NCBI GenBank assembly: GCA_000320545.1
Contig: ADNK01000344.1
Span: 1-64,000 of the forward strand
Direction of reading: 5' to 3'
From: Bigelowiella natans CCMP2755
Taxonomy: Eukaryota > Protista > Cercozoa
Length of the DNA: 64,000 bases
Shown: positions 40,869 to 52,200 of the stretch, piece after piece
Layout: the number at the start of each line of letters is the position of its first letter
How positions within the stretch are numbered: the first letter of the stretch is position 1
Translations under genes and position numbers: made by a program
The notes under the pieces: model-generated
Told to the model about the DNA's origin: nothing
Seen by the model: the letters and a program-made list of their open reading frames with translations, nothing else
The model's database searches: none

Positions 40869-42142
40869 CTATATTGAATTTAATATGTCGAGATGATGAT
40901 GATGATGATGATGATGATGATAAGATATAGAACACATTACATATTTATCAAAACTACTACTACTACTAATAATAATAATAATAATACTATATCAATTATT
41001 GACTGAACAACTTACATCTTCCCAACAGAGACCTCCATGCACCACAAAAATCTAATATGATATAATTGACATATAAGTAAAGTATCTAGTACGTGATTTG
41101 TAAACTCTACAAATGTTGGAAGATGCACAACCAAGAAAAAAAAGAGTAGGGAAGATAATCAACAATTATTCTTATTGTTGTTAAAAATCAGCACCACTAT
41201 CTATCACTGTCTGGGTTGATTCTCTGCTCCTGCTACTTAATAGTACTTGTACTACTACTATTACCTCGTCTTGTACCACTGATGCAAGAGGTAAATGCTG
41301 AAAAGCATCCGAAAATCTCTTCCACATATCTAGTTGTTAAAGAGAGAAATCATCAACATCCAACATCATCATCATCATCATTATCATTCTTATTGTCATC
41401 ATCACCTGTTATGATATACCAACACATAATACAACAATATCAATATTAAAGACAGCCAAATGAACGATGTTGAAGGCCAAGCTCGTTATCATATTTCGCA
41501 CTCATTATCAATAGTCAAGATCACATATGACTCAGCAGATACACTAGGAGTTCTCTTTCTCACGATGATGATGATGATGATACACCATGCATTTCTCTCT
41601 CACGATGATGACGATACACCATGCATGCATCCGTCGCACAAATTAAACCATTTCCTCTTCTTTCCCCCCACCCCACTCTCTTCCTACTACTCTTTACTAC
41701 TACTTTACACCACCACCTCGATTATATTTCCGGGTACATTCAGCGCAAAACCTGAGGAGGAGAACAACATGTGGATGGAATCTGTTGGAATCTTGATTTT
41801 GCAGCTATACGAGATGAGCATTTGTAAACTGCTACTGCTGTATCATTATTTCCTTTTTTCCATTCATATTTGTTATTTCTTCCTTTCATGGTCAATGCTT
41901 GATCAAATAATATTGATTGATACAAGTAGGAGCACTGTTACTAAGTAGTAGTAACTGACCCCATTTCCTCGTTGATGTCAGTAGCTTCGTGATTGCCACG
42001 ATTCAAGAATACAGATTCTGGATATAAGATCTTCAAAGCGAATAATATCAACACAACCTGACAGCATAAGCATGAGGAGAAGGAGGAGGAGTGTGATGAT
42101 GGATGTACACAGCAGCAGCAGCAGACAATTGCATCCATCTAT

Positions 42143-42189
<47 letters not shown>

Positions 42190-42194
42190 ATCAC

Positions 42195-42229
<35 letters not shown>

Positions 42230-42510
42230 GATGATACCTCGCACGAGTTCTTGCCTCTATCTACAAAATCCCCATTGAAGATATACCTACCCACAACCAA
42301 GATCTATCAGCGTTGCATGTAGTAGTGGTAGTAGATATACTAGTGCGTCATGGAAGAAGAAGAAGAATAATAATAACAAGAATCTCTCACTGCGTACTTT
42401 ATTGTAGTTTCAGCAACACTAGTAGTAGTAGTAGTAGCAGAGTATTATAATTACCAATATAGTATTACTAGCTATGGAAAATCGTACGACGTACACCATA
42501 TCCATGTGTA

Positions 42511-42543
<33 letters not shown>

Positions 42544-42829
42544 CTGAGTAACTAACTAACATGTCACAACAAACACCAGTTTTTGCAGCTAAGCAGATTC
42601 TATATGCACTACTACTATTATATACAATGATAGAATAGCCGTCATCAGTATGCATTCTCATCATCATTATCACTACTACTACTTGTTGCGGCTGGAAGGT
42701 AGTCCATTTAAGGTAAAAATATGGATTAGATCGTCCAATTGACCATGTAGGTCACCGACAATCACACACCGAGCTCCTTTAAGAATTATATTCATTACAC
42801 AAATATGAGAGCTTCCTCCTCCTTGTCAT

Positions 42830-42863
<34 letters not shown>

Positions 42864-43532
42864 TAATATCAATATTAATATACATATACATATAATATGT
42901 TAATATTTCCACATCATCATTTGGTTTATGCTCCTATTATATTTACTGCTGCTGGGAAATGTTATTATTTCCTTGTGCGAAGACATAATACGTTGTTGTC
43001 GATTTTGTAATTGTTATTTATTATATATACTACCTTTTGGAAGTACAACATCCTTCACATTTGCCTCACCGACAAGAACAGCTGCTGCTTCTTTAATCAA
43101 CCTCAATGCTGTCTCTTCATCCAAGATTTCCCCAGCTTTCATTATATCAAAAAATAACATTCAATGCAGTCAGAAGACCGATAATTCTAGTACTGTTAAT
43201 CTTCAATCTTACCTATTGTAAACAAGTTACACGCATCATAAGCAGCATATGTACGTATGTCGTATTTGTTATGGTGCTGCTGTGAGTAGTGGTGGTGTTT
43301 ACATTAATTTGTCCCTCTCATCATGATTGCAGTGCATACTACTTACTTACTTACTTATTTACTACCCTTAAATCTGTCCATCATTGCAGTGACAAAATCC
43401 AAATTTATCTGCTCTGAGCTGCTTAGATTTTTACCTGATGAAACAACCACAATTAATGGCAGTTGGTGCTAGTAATAAGTAGTAGTAATTCGATACATTG
43501 GGGTAGCATAATATATCTGGTCGTAAAATGGA

Positions 43533-43576
<44 letters not shown>

Positions 43577-44320
43577 CGATGATTGTGTCGTATAATGAAT
43601 TATTTATTATTAATCGATGATTGTGTCGCCGTCTGCAGCAGCAGTTCAGTCAGCATAATAATAATAATAATAATAATACATGAATCACGATAATACCAAT
43701 TATTTGTGGTAAAAGATACTACGATCATATAGTTCAGTAAACGTACGTTTTTATCAACGCTGTTGTAAGTATCATCATCAGCATCGTCATCATCCGTTAC
43801 ATGAATAATGGCAATTATTTATGTTGACTGGCCGCTTATTTTCTAATGTCTCTGGTCAATTTCTACACTATAAATGATAATAATATAGTTAGTATACTAC
43901 CTGGTGTCGAATCAGCTTTCACCAGTGGGGGAATAGAAATCGGAAGGAGGTGGAGATGATGCTCCTCCTCGCTTTCTCCCTCCTCCTCCTCCTTCTTCTT
44001 CTCCTTAAATGTGATGATGATAATAGATCATGATTAGTATGCACATCACACACCATAATCCAACTGCAAAGGTGCTGAATTATTCACATAGCGCCAACTT
44101 CACAACAACCTGCTGAATATCATCATCATCATTTTTTGGTGCTGCTGCTGCTGCTTTTGCACTGTCGTCGTCGTTGTCGTTATCTTTGGCTTTCCTTCCT
44201 CTGTTTTTCTGTTCTTCTCCCTATGGATACATACACATTATAAATGTGTATTGTGCGCACGTGTGTGTTTTCAGTGATGGATATGATCATCATCATCATT
44301 ATCACTTGATCATCATCTCC

Positions 44321-44356
<36 letters not shown>

Positions 44357-44376
44357 CCAGGAGTTCACGTTGGGTA

Positions 44377-44414
<38 letters not shown>

Positions 44415-44433
44415 CCAGGAGTTCACGTTGGGT

Positions 44434-44468
<35 letters not shown>

Positions 44469-44997
44469 TCTTTGATTTATTTATCCTGTATTGATTAGTA
44501 AGTAGTAATATCATTATTAGAACCATGTTGATAGATAGATAGATAGATATATAGGCAACAACCTACAAGTCGTCATATTAGTACTAGTTGTTGTGTATGT
44601 GGGGGGTGGGGGTGGTGGTGGTAGAAAGCAGGCAGCAGTGTAAGATGATCTAACTGTAAGAAAGAAAAAAAGAAACAAACAGCGGTCATGAAGATGATAA
44701 TCATGCAATATTTGCAAAGCTACCCCCTTCTCTGCCTTCGCTGCTGCTGCAATTTGTCTCTTCTAAAACGTGTATTAAGAGAAGAAAGAGGAGAAGAAGA
44801 AGAAGGCGTACAAGGTTGAGAAACAAAATATAGAAAGAAATTGAAAACAAATAGAAATAAGATACGATATATTAAACTATGAAATTCCCATGGATTGGCT
44901 TAATTTTCCTCTGTCGACAATGGCACGGCGACGAACACAATGACGAAGAAGACACGACGACGACGACGACGACAACTATCACAACCGCTAAACACTT

Positions 44998-45034
<37 letters not shown>

Positions 45035-45761
45035 TCTATCAGTAATTACACAGACGACAATAATCACCACTATCATCATCATCATCATCAGTTATTTGAG
45101 CATCTTGAGCAATGGCGGTTGCACTTTTTAAAACCTACCTCTTTTTCTGTCCATTTTTTGGCCAAATCCACCTGATTCAGTAGTGGTTGTATCTGTGCTC
45201 ATATGTGGCACATGTAGTGTGTGTATTTTTCAATAGAGGACAAGGCAAAGAGAAAAAGCAAATGGATTTAGTAAAGACTAGAGAGACTGGTAGAGTGTAA
45301 GAAATAACTATGATTAATGCTATCATCATTATTATTATTATATGAAAGAATTTCCCTTATCACTATTCAAGTGTCATGTCAGAACGAGGATTAGAGATTG
45401 AAAGATGATCGATCAATCACCCCTACTAAGCGGCAGGTTCATCATCATCAGTAAGTATTTAAGTATGTTGATGCTTATCATTATAAATAGATACGTACTA
45501 CTACTACTACTACTACTACTATTCTGCTAACATTGACATACATCCATTGAAATACATACATTGATATGCTATTATTCTGCAAACATTGACATACAACTGA
45601 GCATACTATTCTGCAACATTGACACACATACATTGAAATGCATACATTGGATCAATAGCATACTCAAAATAATTTAGAGTGTGTGTATGTATTATTTTAG
45701 CACTACTGCTTTGAAATCAGTGTGTCCTCTGGAAAGTGACGGAGGACATTCCTGATTAGAC

Positions 45762-45794
<33 letters not shown>

Positions 45795-46325
45795 TCCGTT
45801 TTCGAACATTATCGTACTGCTATTAGGACTAGTACCGGTAAAACTTCCTGCTGCCCAAATCTTGATTTGGTATCACCTGAAGAGACAAAACAACCAACTT
45901 ATTAACGGTCATAATGTCATGAGATATATCTTCTCTTATGATTTCTCCGGTGTACTACTATTACTACCTTTATCCCAAAATAACAAGTGTAAAGAAGGTT
46001 ATCATATATTGCAACAACAATATACTACTACTACTACTACTACTACCATTCTTCTCGGTGCGTAGGAGATCACGACGGATAGCCTCGATCTTCTTCTTAA
46101 AATCCTCTTTGGCTTCTACACGCTTCTTCCGCGAAAACACTACCTGTTATGAGTTAATCATAAGGGAAATATCTGAATTTAGTGTCGATATTGCTGTAAT
46201 TGTTAGCAGTTGAGTAGCAGTTGTTGTAGTTGTATGGATGGTAGTAGAGGTGGTGTAGTCGCTCATCTCGATGTTGAAGCACATTCGTACAAAATGAGTC
46301 TGGGGAGCGAACTTGAAGTAGAAAT

Positions 46326-46375
<50 letters not shown>

Positions 46376-46402
46376 ATGTGTGTCTCTCTAAATTTATGAT
46401 GT

Positions 46403-46452
<50 letters not shown>

Positions 46453-46741
46453 ATGTGTGTGTGTGTGTGTGTGCGCGCGCGCCCCCGCGTGTATGTGAGC
46501 CGATTTAATTTACATAACGTGATGATCACAAGACCTCTCTCTCTTCCAAGAGGTCAAATTGTCTTGCAACATGGCGAAGTCTCATTCGTTTGAATTTTGA
46601 TCTTGCCATTGCACTAATGGATTGGAGGATTGGAGGTACACACACACACACACACACACACACATGTGTGTGTGTGTGTGTGTGTGTGTGTACATATTTG
46701 CAGCAGACCACTAAGCCAAAACAAACGATCACTGTACTCGT

Positions 46742-46782
<41 letters not shown>

Positions 46783-46870
46783 ACGTCAACAATAAATTTT
46801 GAGCACATGCGCACAAGCATAATTTTATAAATAAGCTGCAACCCTCTGAAGAGGCTCTGAATCTTGATAG
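31973..46870 (-). CDS. Ser/Thr protein phosphatase with EF-hands (PPEF/RdgC/PP7-like), more than 25 exons
   Basis: IQ-like IQSLFRG (~46860), VARQFDLLEERE, GDLHGQ (~42750), FNGDFVDRG (~42270), LNRGNHE (~41995), VVHGGL, EDLLW|SDP, FGEDVVDR|FM, VVRSHECVDAGYE, LVTVFSAS, and EF-hand YFDYDGDGKLSTEEF (~34350). Further 5' exons may extend to about 47750. Confidence 0.9.
39878..40120. repeat. Intronic minisatellite, 5 copies of about 47-53 bp, each containing the PPEF 3' splice site
   Basis: gaacagatggtctggtagtgg... at about 39879, 39926, 39973, 40026 and 40073. Confidence 0.9.
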
Positions 46871-48205
46871 CAGCAAACCTGTTTGATATGACGACAAGAT
46901 AACATCAACAAATGCTCATTCTTCCACTACTCCTAAAACTGCTGTTTATTATTACGTGAAGCAATCAACAATTACCCATGAAACTTTTCCTTATTGCCAC
47001 TCATGTTAGCAAAGAGTTGTTCCAGCTATCCAAACATATTATTTGCATTCAGATGAATAAATGATAAAATGTTGATCATCATGATCGTGCACTACTAGAT
47101 CTATCTATTTATTCTGCAACATACATTGTTTCTGCGACTCTGATGATCCTCCTCAACTTCAATACAGCAAGAAGCTCCAATTGTTCAACAATGATTACGA
47201 AGTCAGTGACTTATAGCAAGCACTGACTAACGGGCTTACAGCTAATAATGAGATGGGGAAGAATCAGTGAGAAGAGCTCAGCAATGACGATCATTTCATT
47301 TGCAACATCTATCTGCCGCCATCATTTTCTTTAACAGCTTGGTCCAACATACTAAAACAAGTGGATGGGCCAACTAGTAGTCTACCGAGCTTTGTTGTTG
47401 TGTGTAGGAACCTACTAGTTGCAAGGAAGAAGAAGAAGAAGAAGGAACCCCTTCCGTCCGTCCGTCAGAGACTACTATTATTTCCTACTGCTTCTGCTTC
47501 TTCCTCTTCCTCTTCCTCTTCCTGGTAAATATTCTACGATATATTACCATCATAGACCTACAGACTACTACTTATTTTTCCTATCGATGTCAGATTGATT
47601 CATTGATACAATGAGTTGAGTTTCTTCTTCTTATTTCTTGTAAAAAGTAAGAAATGAGAAGAAATGTTCTACAATTGTCATCGTATCAACGGCAAGCAAC
47701 ATTCCAAGAAGACAAATTTAAGAATTAGTTAGTTACTACTTTAAGCTACAATTCTATTTGCATCCTTGACAAAACTACTACTAACTTCCCAGCTATATTT
47801 GTTCTTTCATCGATTAAGTAATTCTCCCATAGTTGTTGTCCGAGATTAGAGAGTGCTCATCAGATATATTTACTACATAAATGTGTCCAATCACAACAAC
47901 AACACCAACAACATCATCATCAACAACAACAACAACATTGACAAAAAACTATAATACTTCTTATTTCCATACTAACCAACCAACTACCAAGAGGAGGAGG
48001 AGGAGGAGGAGAGGAGGACCACATTTTGATATAACATCATCGGGTGGTGGAAGAAGTGGAAAGTCGTCAGGAAAAAGAAGAGGAAGGAAAGAAAGTACTA
48101 AAGAAAGAAGCAATCAAAGGGATTTTCCTTGAGCAGCTCTTCCTCTCTCTGGGTTAACCTTCAAGTATTTCACTATTATCAGTGGCTACTTGTTATCTAA
48201 AAACC

Positions 48206-48763
48206 ATGGCACTACTCAAAGGATCACTCCGTCACTTCACCACTATTTCTCGCCCATTTTTCAACCGCCGTCTGTTTTCAAAATACAAGAATCCCCTCTC
48301 GTGGAAACTTCTAGTACCAAGAGTTTCTACTGGTGGGTACATGCGTTACAGAGCATTTACAGCGGACAGTTTCCGAGATCCTGCCACAACAAGCTTATCT
48401 AATGAGAGTAACTCATCATCATCATCTCAAGATGACGGTGTACTTCAAGCTCTAGGGACCGGAGCTAGATCAAATGAGAGGATGATGATAGCGTTCACCT
48501 GCAATGTTTGCGGAACGAGATCTGCAAGAATGTTCAGCAAGAAATCTTATGAGGAAGGAGTTGTCATCATTACCTGTCCAGAGTGCAAAAGTAATCATCT
48601 CATAGCGGATAGATTGGGGTGGTTTGATGACGAATCTGTCGACATCGAAACCATCATGCGGGAGAAAGGGCAGGAAATCGTTCACATCAAAGACTCAGAT
48701 GGTGGCGGCTCATTCCAATTGGCAAGCACACCCTGTGAGGAAGACCAGAGGAGAGAGGAGTGA
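48206..48763 (+). CDS. DNL-type zinc finger protein (Zim17/Tim15/Hep1-like mitochondrial Hsp70 escort), intronless
   Basis: MMIAFTCNVCGTRSARMFSKKSYEEGVVIITCPECKSNHLIADRLGWF is the zf-DNL signature. The N-terminus resembles a basic presequence. Confidence 0.93.
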   Translation: MALLKGSLRHFTTISRPFFNRRLFSKYKNPLSWKLLVPRVSTGGYMRYRAFTADSFRDPATTSLSNESNSSSSSQDDGVLQALGTGARSNERMMIAFTCNVCGTRSARMFSKKSYEEGVVIITCPECKSNHLIADRLGWFDDESVDIETIMREKGQEIVHIKDSDGGGSFQLASTPCEEDQRREE

Positions 48764-50164
48764 TGCTATAGCTAACCAATTATTGTTCCTCTTACTACAT
48801 ATACAAATAAAGCCACAGTGTACACATACGTAAAAGGGATGTAATGAAACAATGATTACATTTTTTGTATGGTCATCCTAATGTAGCTGTTCAAAGTGGC
48901 AACTAGAGCGCTGATGTTGTGTCTGTTGGTTTCTGCTGTGATATACGTCATTCATGTTTGCGAATGCATTGGTGGTGCAGTGCCCGATGATCTAGTGATC
49001 ACTGCTAGACCGGCCTAGCTTGCTAGTGGCTGCATGGAACAATGCACATCTCTGATCTGCATGCATGCAAGGGCTAGACTAGTAGAAGGAGTCGCTGCAT
49101 GTCGATCCCTGCTAGCCTGGGCATGTGCACACATCATCACACATGGCTAGCTAGATGGCAGTACGTACGTTCGCACATGTACAGTGCACGTACATGCTAT
49201 ATGCACATGTACAGTGCACGTACATGCTATATGCACATGTAGCATGTGCTAGAGTGATGATGTGCAATGACGATGCCTCATTCATGGTGGCATGCATGAT
49301 CTAGTATTGTGGCACGTGCCGTGTCACTGCTTTACACCACAGCTATAGACAGTCTACATCAGGATGACCATTGAATAAAAGGTTCAACTCATCATATTCT
49401 AGCATTCATTGCGCTCCGTCTGATGTTGCTACAGTGTGTTGTTCGTGCATGTGTCTTGCATGCATGCACTACAGCACCATCTAGTCATGTTGCGTTGCAT
49501 ACCTATACGCACGCTAGCTAGCTAGACATGATTGTGTTTAGACTGCATTATTCATATGTTCAGACGCATGCACAGCATGTACTAGTGTAGCTAGATGACC
49601 CTTTGCGCACACTCTAGACACTAGCTAGCTAGCTAGACATGATTGTGTTCAGATTGCATTTGTATGTTTAGACGCATCTAGGCATGCACAGCATATAGCT
49701 AGATAGCGCACATATTATTTGCAAATGAATGTGTAAACACAGCAGCATAGCAACGCTAGCAATGGCATGTACGTGTGTATAATACTACATTGTTTAAATG
49801 AAGAACGAAGCCAAGAACAGTCCTGTGCACACCGTGTCACTATGTGCTAGAGTAGCTGGTGCATAGCAGCGCGTGGTCGAACCACACACTTTGCAGAATA
49901 CAGACTACTTACATTTGATAAGCAATCTTAATAAATATGCAAGTATCGGTGTGTATTGTTTACATATACCTCCGTCCCCTGCTCGGATCATCATCTCACA
50001 CACCATCGAGGCTGTTTATTAACTATTAGGATAATTATATATGGTCAAAGATATGCAGGACAACTAGCAACTCGCTGATTATTACAACAGTTATATTGTT
50101 TCCGGGCTAATTATCATAATTTATCTGGTACATTAGCTAAAAGTTATACATGGTGACTCTTTTA

Positions 50165-51606
50165 TCAGGAACTGTACATCCTCGTCATCACCCGTGAGGA
50201 GAGAGTAGATTTATTTTTTCTGGTTGAATAGAGCATTAGTTGCAGAGTTTTAACTATGGCTCTTTTGTTGAATGTCTTGTTGACAGCATTGCTAAGCTGT
50301 GAATAAAATTTTACAATTTTTTTTCGTATATATTTTACAATACAATATATTGTCATATCAGCAGTCCCTTTTAATATCAGGTGCCCAAATCAGAAACAAC
50401 GCCACTATAATCTTAACAGGCATGTTTCATTATCTATCATTGACGCGACTGTCTGCTATCTCCCGACAGGAGTCTCCCCTGATCAATCTTTTGATAGTAA
50501 CTATAACGATGTACAGGTATGTCAAGCTAATTTTGGAGAGGATTCCTAGAAAAGATTATCATTCCTGTGATGTGATATAATAGAATCATTTGCTTTCCTT
50601 TTCCTGCTCTTAAAAATCCACCGAATTTACATGTCCTTGAAGCAGCTTCTTTACACTTGTGCAACGAGTCAACTTCACATTTCAAAATCTGGAGAAATTC
50701 TGAATATCCCCGGACAGTCAGTAGGAGAGTTTGAAACATGACACGAAATTTGATAACTATCGTTCTGAGGGAGCGGGCCTTCCGCGCCAACGTTCTCTCG
50801 AAGAGGATAATGAGAGGGCAGAGATTTCTTCTCATGCCGTTCGCAACCAGCGACCACGGCGTTAGTAGTTGCTGCACCCATCATGATACTCTGAATTTCC
50901 TCTACAGCTTTCACCTCTTCATTCTCACTGACATCAACGTGATCATGAGGCTGGTCTTGATGATCTACTGTGGAGTGGAATAGAAGATTACTGTGGGAAA
51001 TCACTGCCACTGCTTTGCGTGGTTTCGGGACAAGAAGCTGCGGCTTCTTCTCATCCCCAATAACAGTAGATTTCCCTTCATCTCTCAAGTTTGCTGCTTT
51101 GGCCACCATGCCAGGTTTATTGTTAACCTGAAGCTGATTTTTGAGGCTATTGGTCAGATTCTCATAGATGCTTGCTGAGGAGAGAGCAGAAGGCGGCCAG
51201 CTATGACAACGAAGTCGGAAGCTTTGTAAAGGGCCCGTACCTAAGCTTCCCATCTACGTCAGAATGTTAATTGAGCTTGTGATCGCCTCTTTGCTAAATT
51301 ATTGCAATGGAGGCTGGAGGCTGGGTGGAGCAAAACAACGTAACTTGATTCACAGTCCACAGATATCGCTACAATAGCAGGGTATTTTTGGAATACGACA
51401 TCTATAGAAACTTGATATCTGTTGGTTTTAGCTGTTGCTTTGATTAGATCTCGCTTGTTTTCGATATCATTCTGTACCATTATTGAACTTCGAATAGTTC
51501 GAAACCACCACATCAATTCATTCTCATTCAGTGGTCAGATCTACGTAATAAAACGACATCTAGTAGATCTAGGAAACTGCTGTTCAGGAACAAACGTCAG
51601 TGGCAT
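50165..51606 (-). CDS. Possible spliced gene of unknown function, microsatellite-free, flanked by TpA-depleted blocks
   Basis: Protein-like minus-strand ORFs 51259-51516, 50675-51253 (192 aa) and 50165-50356 with plausible GT/AG sites. No domain recognised. Confidence 0.35.
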
Positions 51607-51823
51607 TTTTAGGTAGATCTACGAGTGGTACGCAGGGTGAAAACTGAACAAGTCTAGCCTTCCGTTCGTCACAGTTTGCCGAGCATTTCCTCAACGCGAC
51701 AATACATTTTTAAAAAAATTGGCGTGCACGTGCGTGATGCAATGCATTTGTCGCTGGTTCGTGCTCTCTCAGACCGCTAGAGCTAAGCTGGCTAGTTGTT
51801 CGAGGCACTGAGTTTCGTGCATT

Positions 51824-52149
51824 TGTTGCGCGTAAGGTGTTCACAGGCCGAGGCGCTACGTGCACAAGTAGGCAGGGGGGGGGAAAGGCACGTTTGCTTC
51901 CTTTTGAAGAGTTGTGTTTATTTTTATTAAAGATTATATTTTTATTAAATCGTGCACTGCGTAATCATTCGCGAAGCTTTCGCGAATGCCGCCGCACGTG
52001 GGGCAGCACACTTCCGGTGTGCTGCCATGAGTCCCGCCGGAACCCACGTGCCTATGCTGTATTAATATCTACGTTATCTATATTCTATATCCGCGACAAC
52101 CCCTTTGTTGTCGCACGTGACTTGTGCCCGCGTAGTGGTACGCGCTACA
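51824..52149 (-). repeat. 3' LTR (326 bp)
   Basis: Plus strand tgttgcgcgta...tacgcgctaca (11-bp terminal inverted repeat, 1 mismatch); matches 57213-57538. Confidence 0.97.
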
Positions 52150-52157
52150 CCTCCCCC
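52150..52157 (-). promoter_or_regulatory. Polypurine tract (GGGGGAGG) abutting the 3' LTR
   Basis: Plus-strand cctccccc immediately after the LTR end, with a further purine run (GGAAGGAAGGAAGGAG) just upstream on the sense strand. Confidence 0.85.
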
Positions 52158-52200
52158 AAGTCACGTTGCTCCTTCCTTCCTTCCTTATTCCCTTAGACCT

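Noticed and set aside
7161-47000. Many 60-160 aa ORFs with poly-S/T/H/L/M or CVCV/ERER runs
   Set aside because: Translations of intronic microsatellites.
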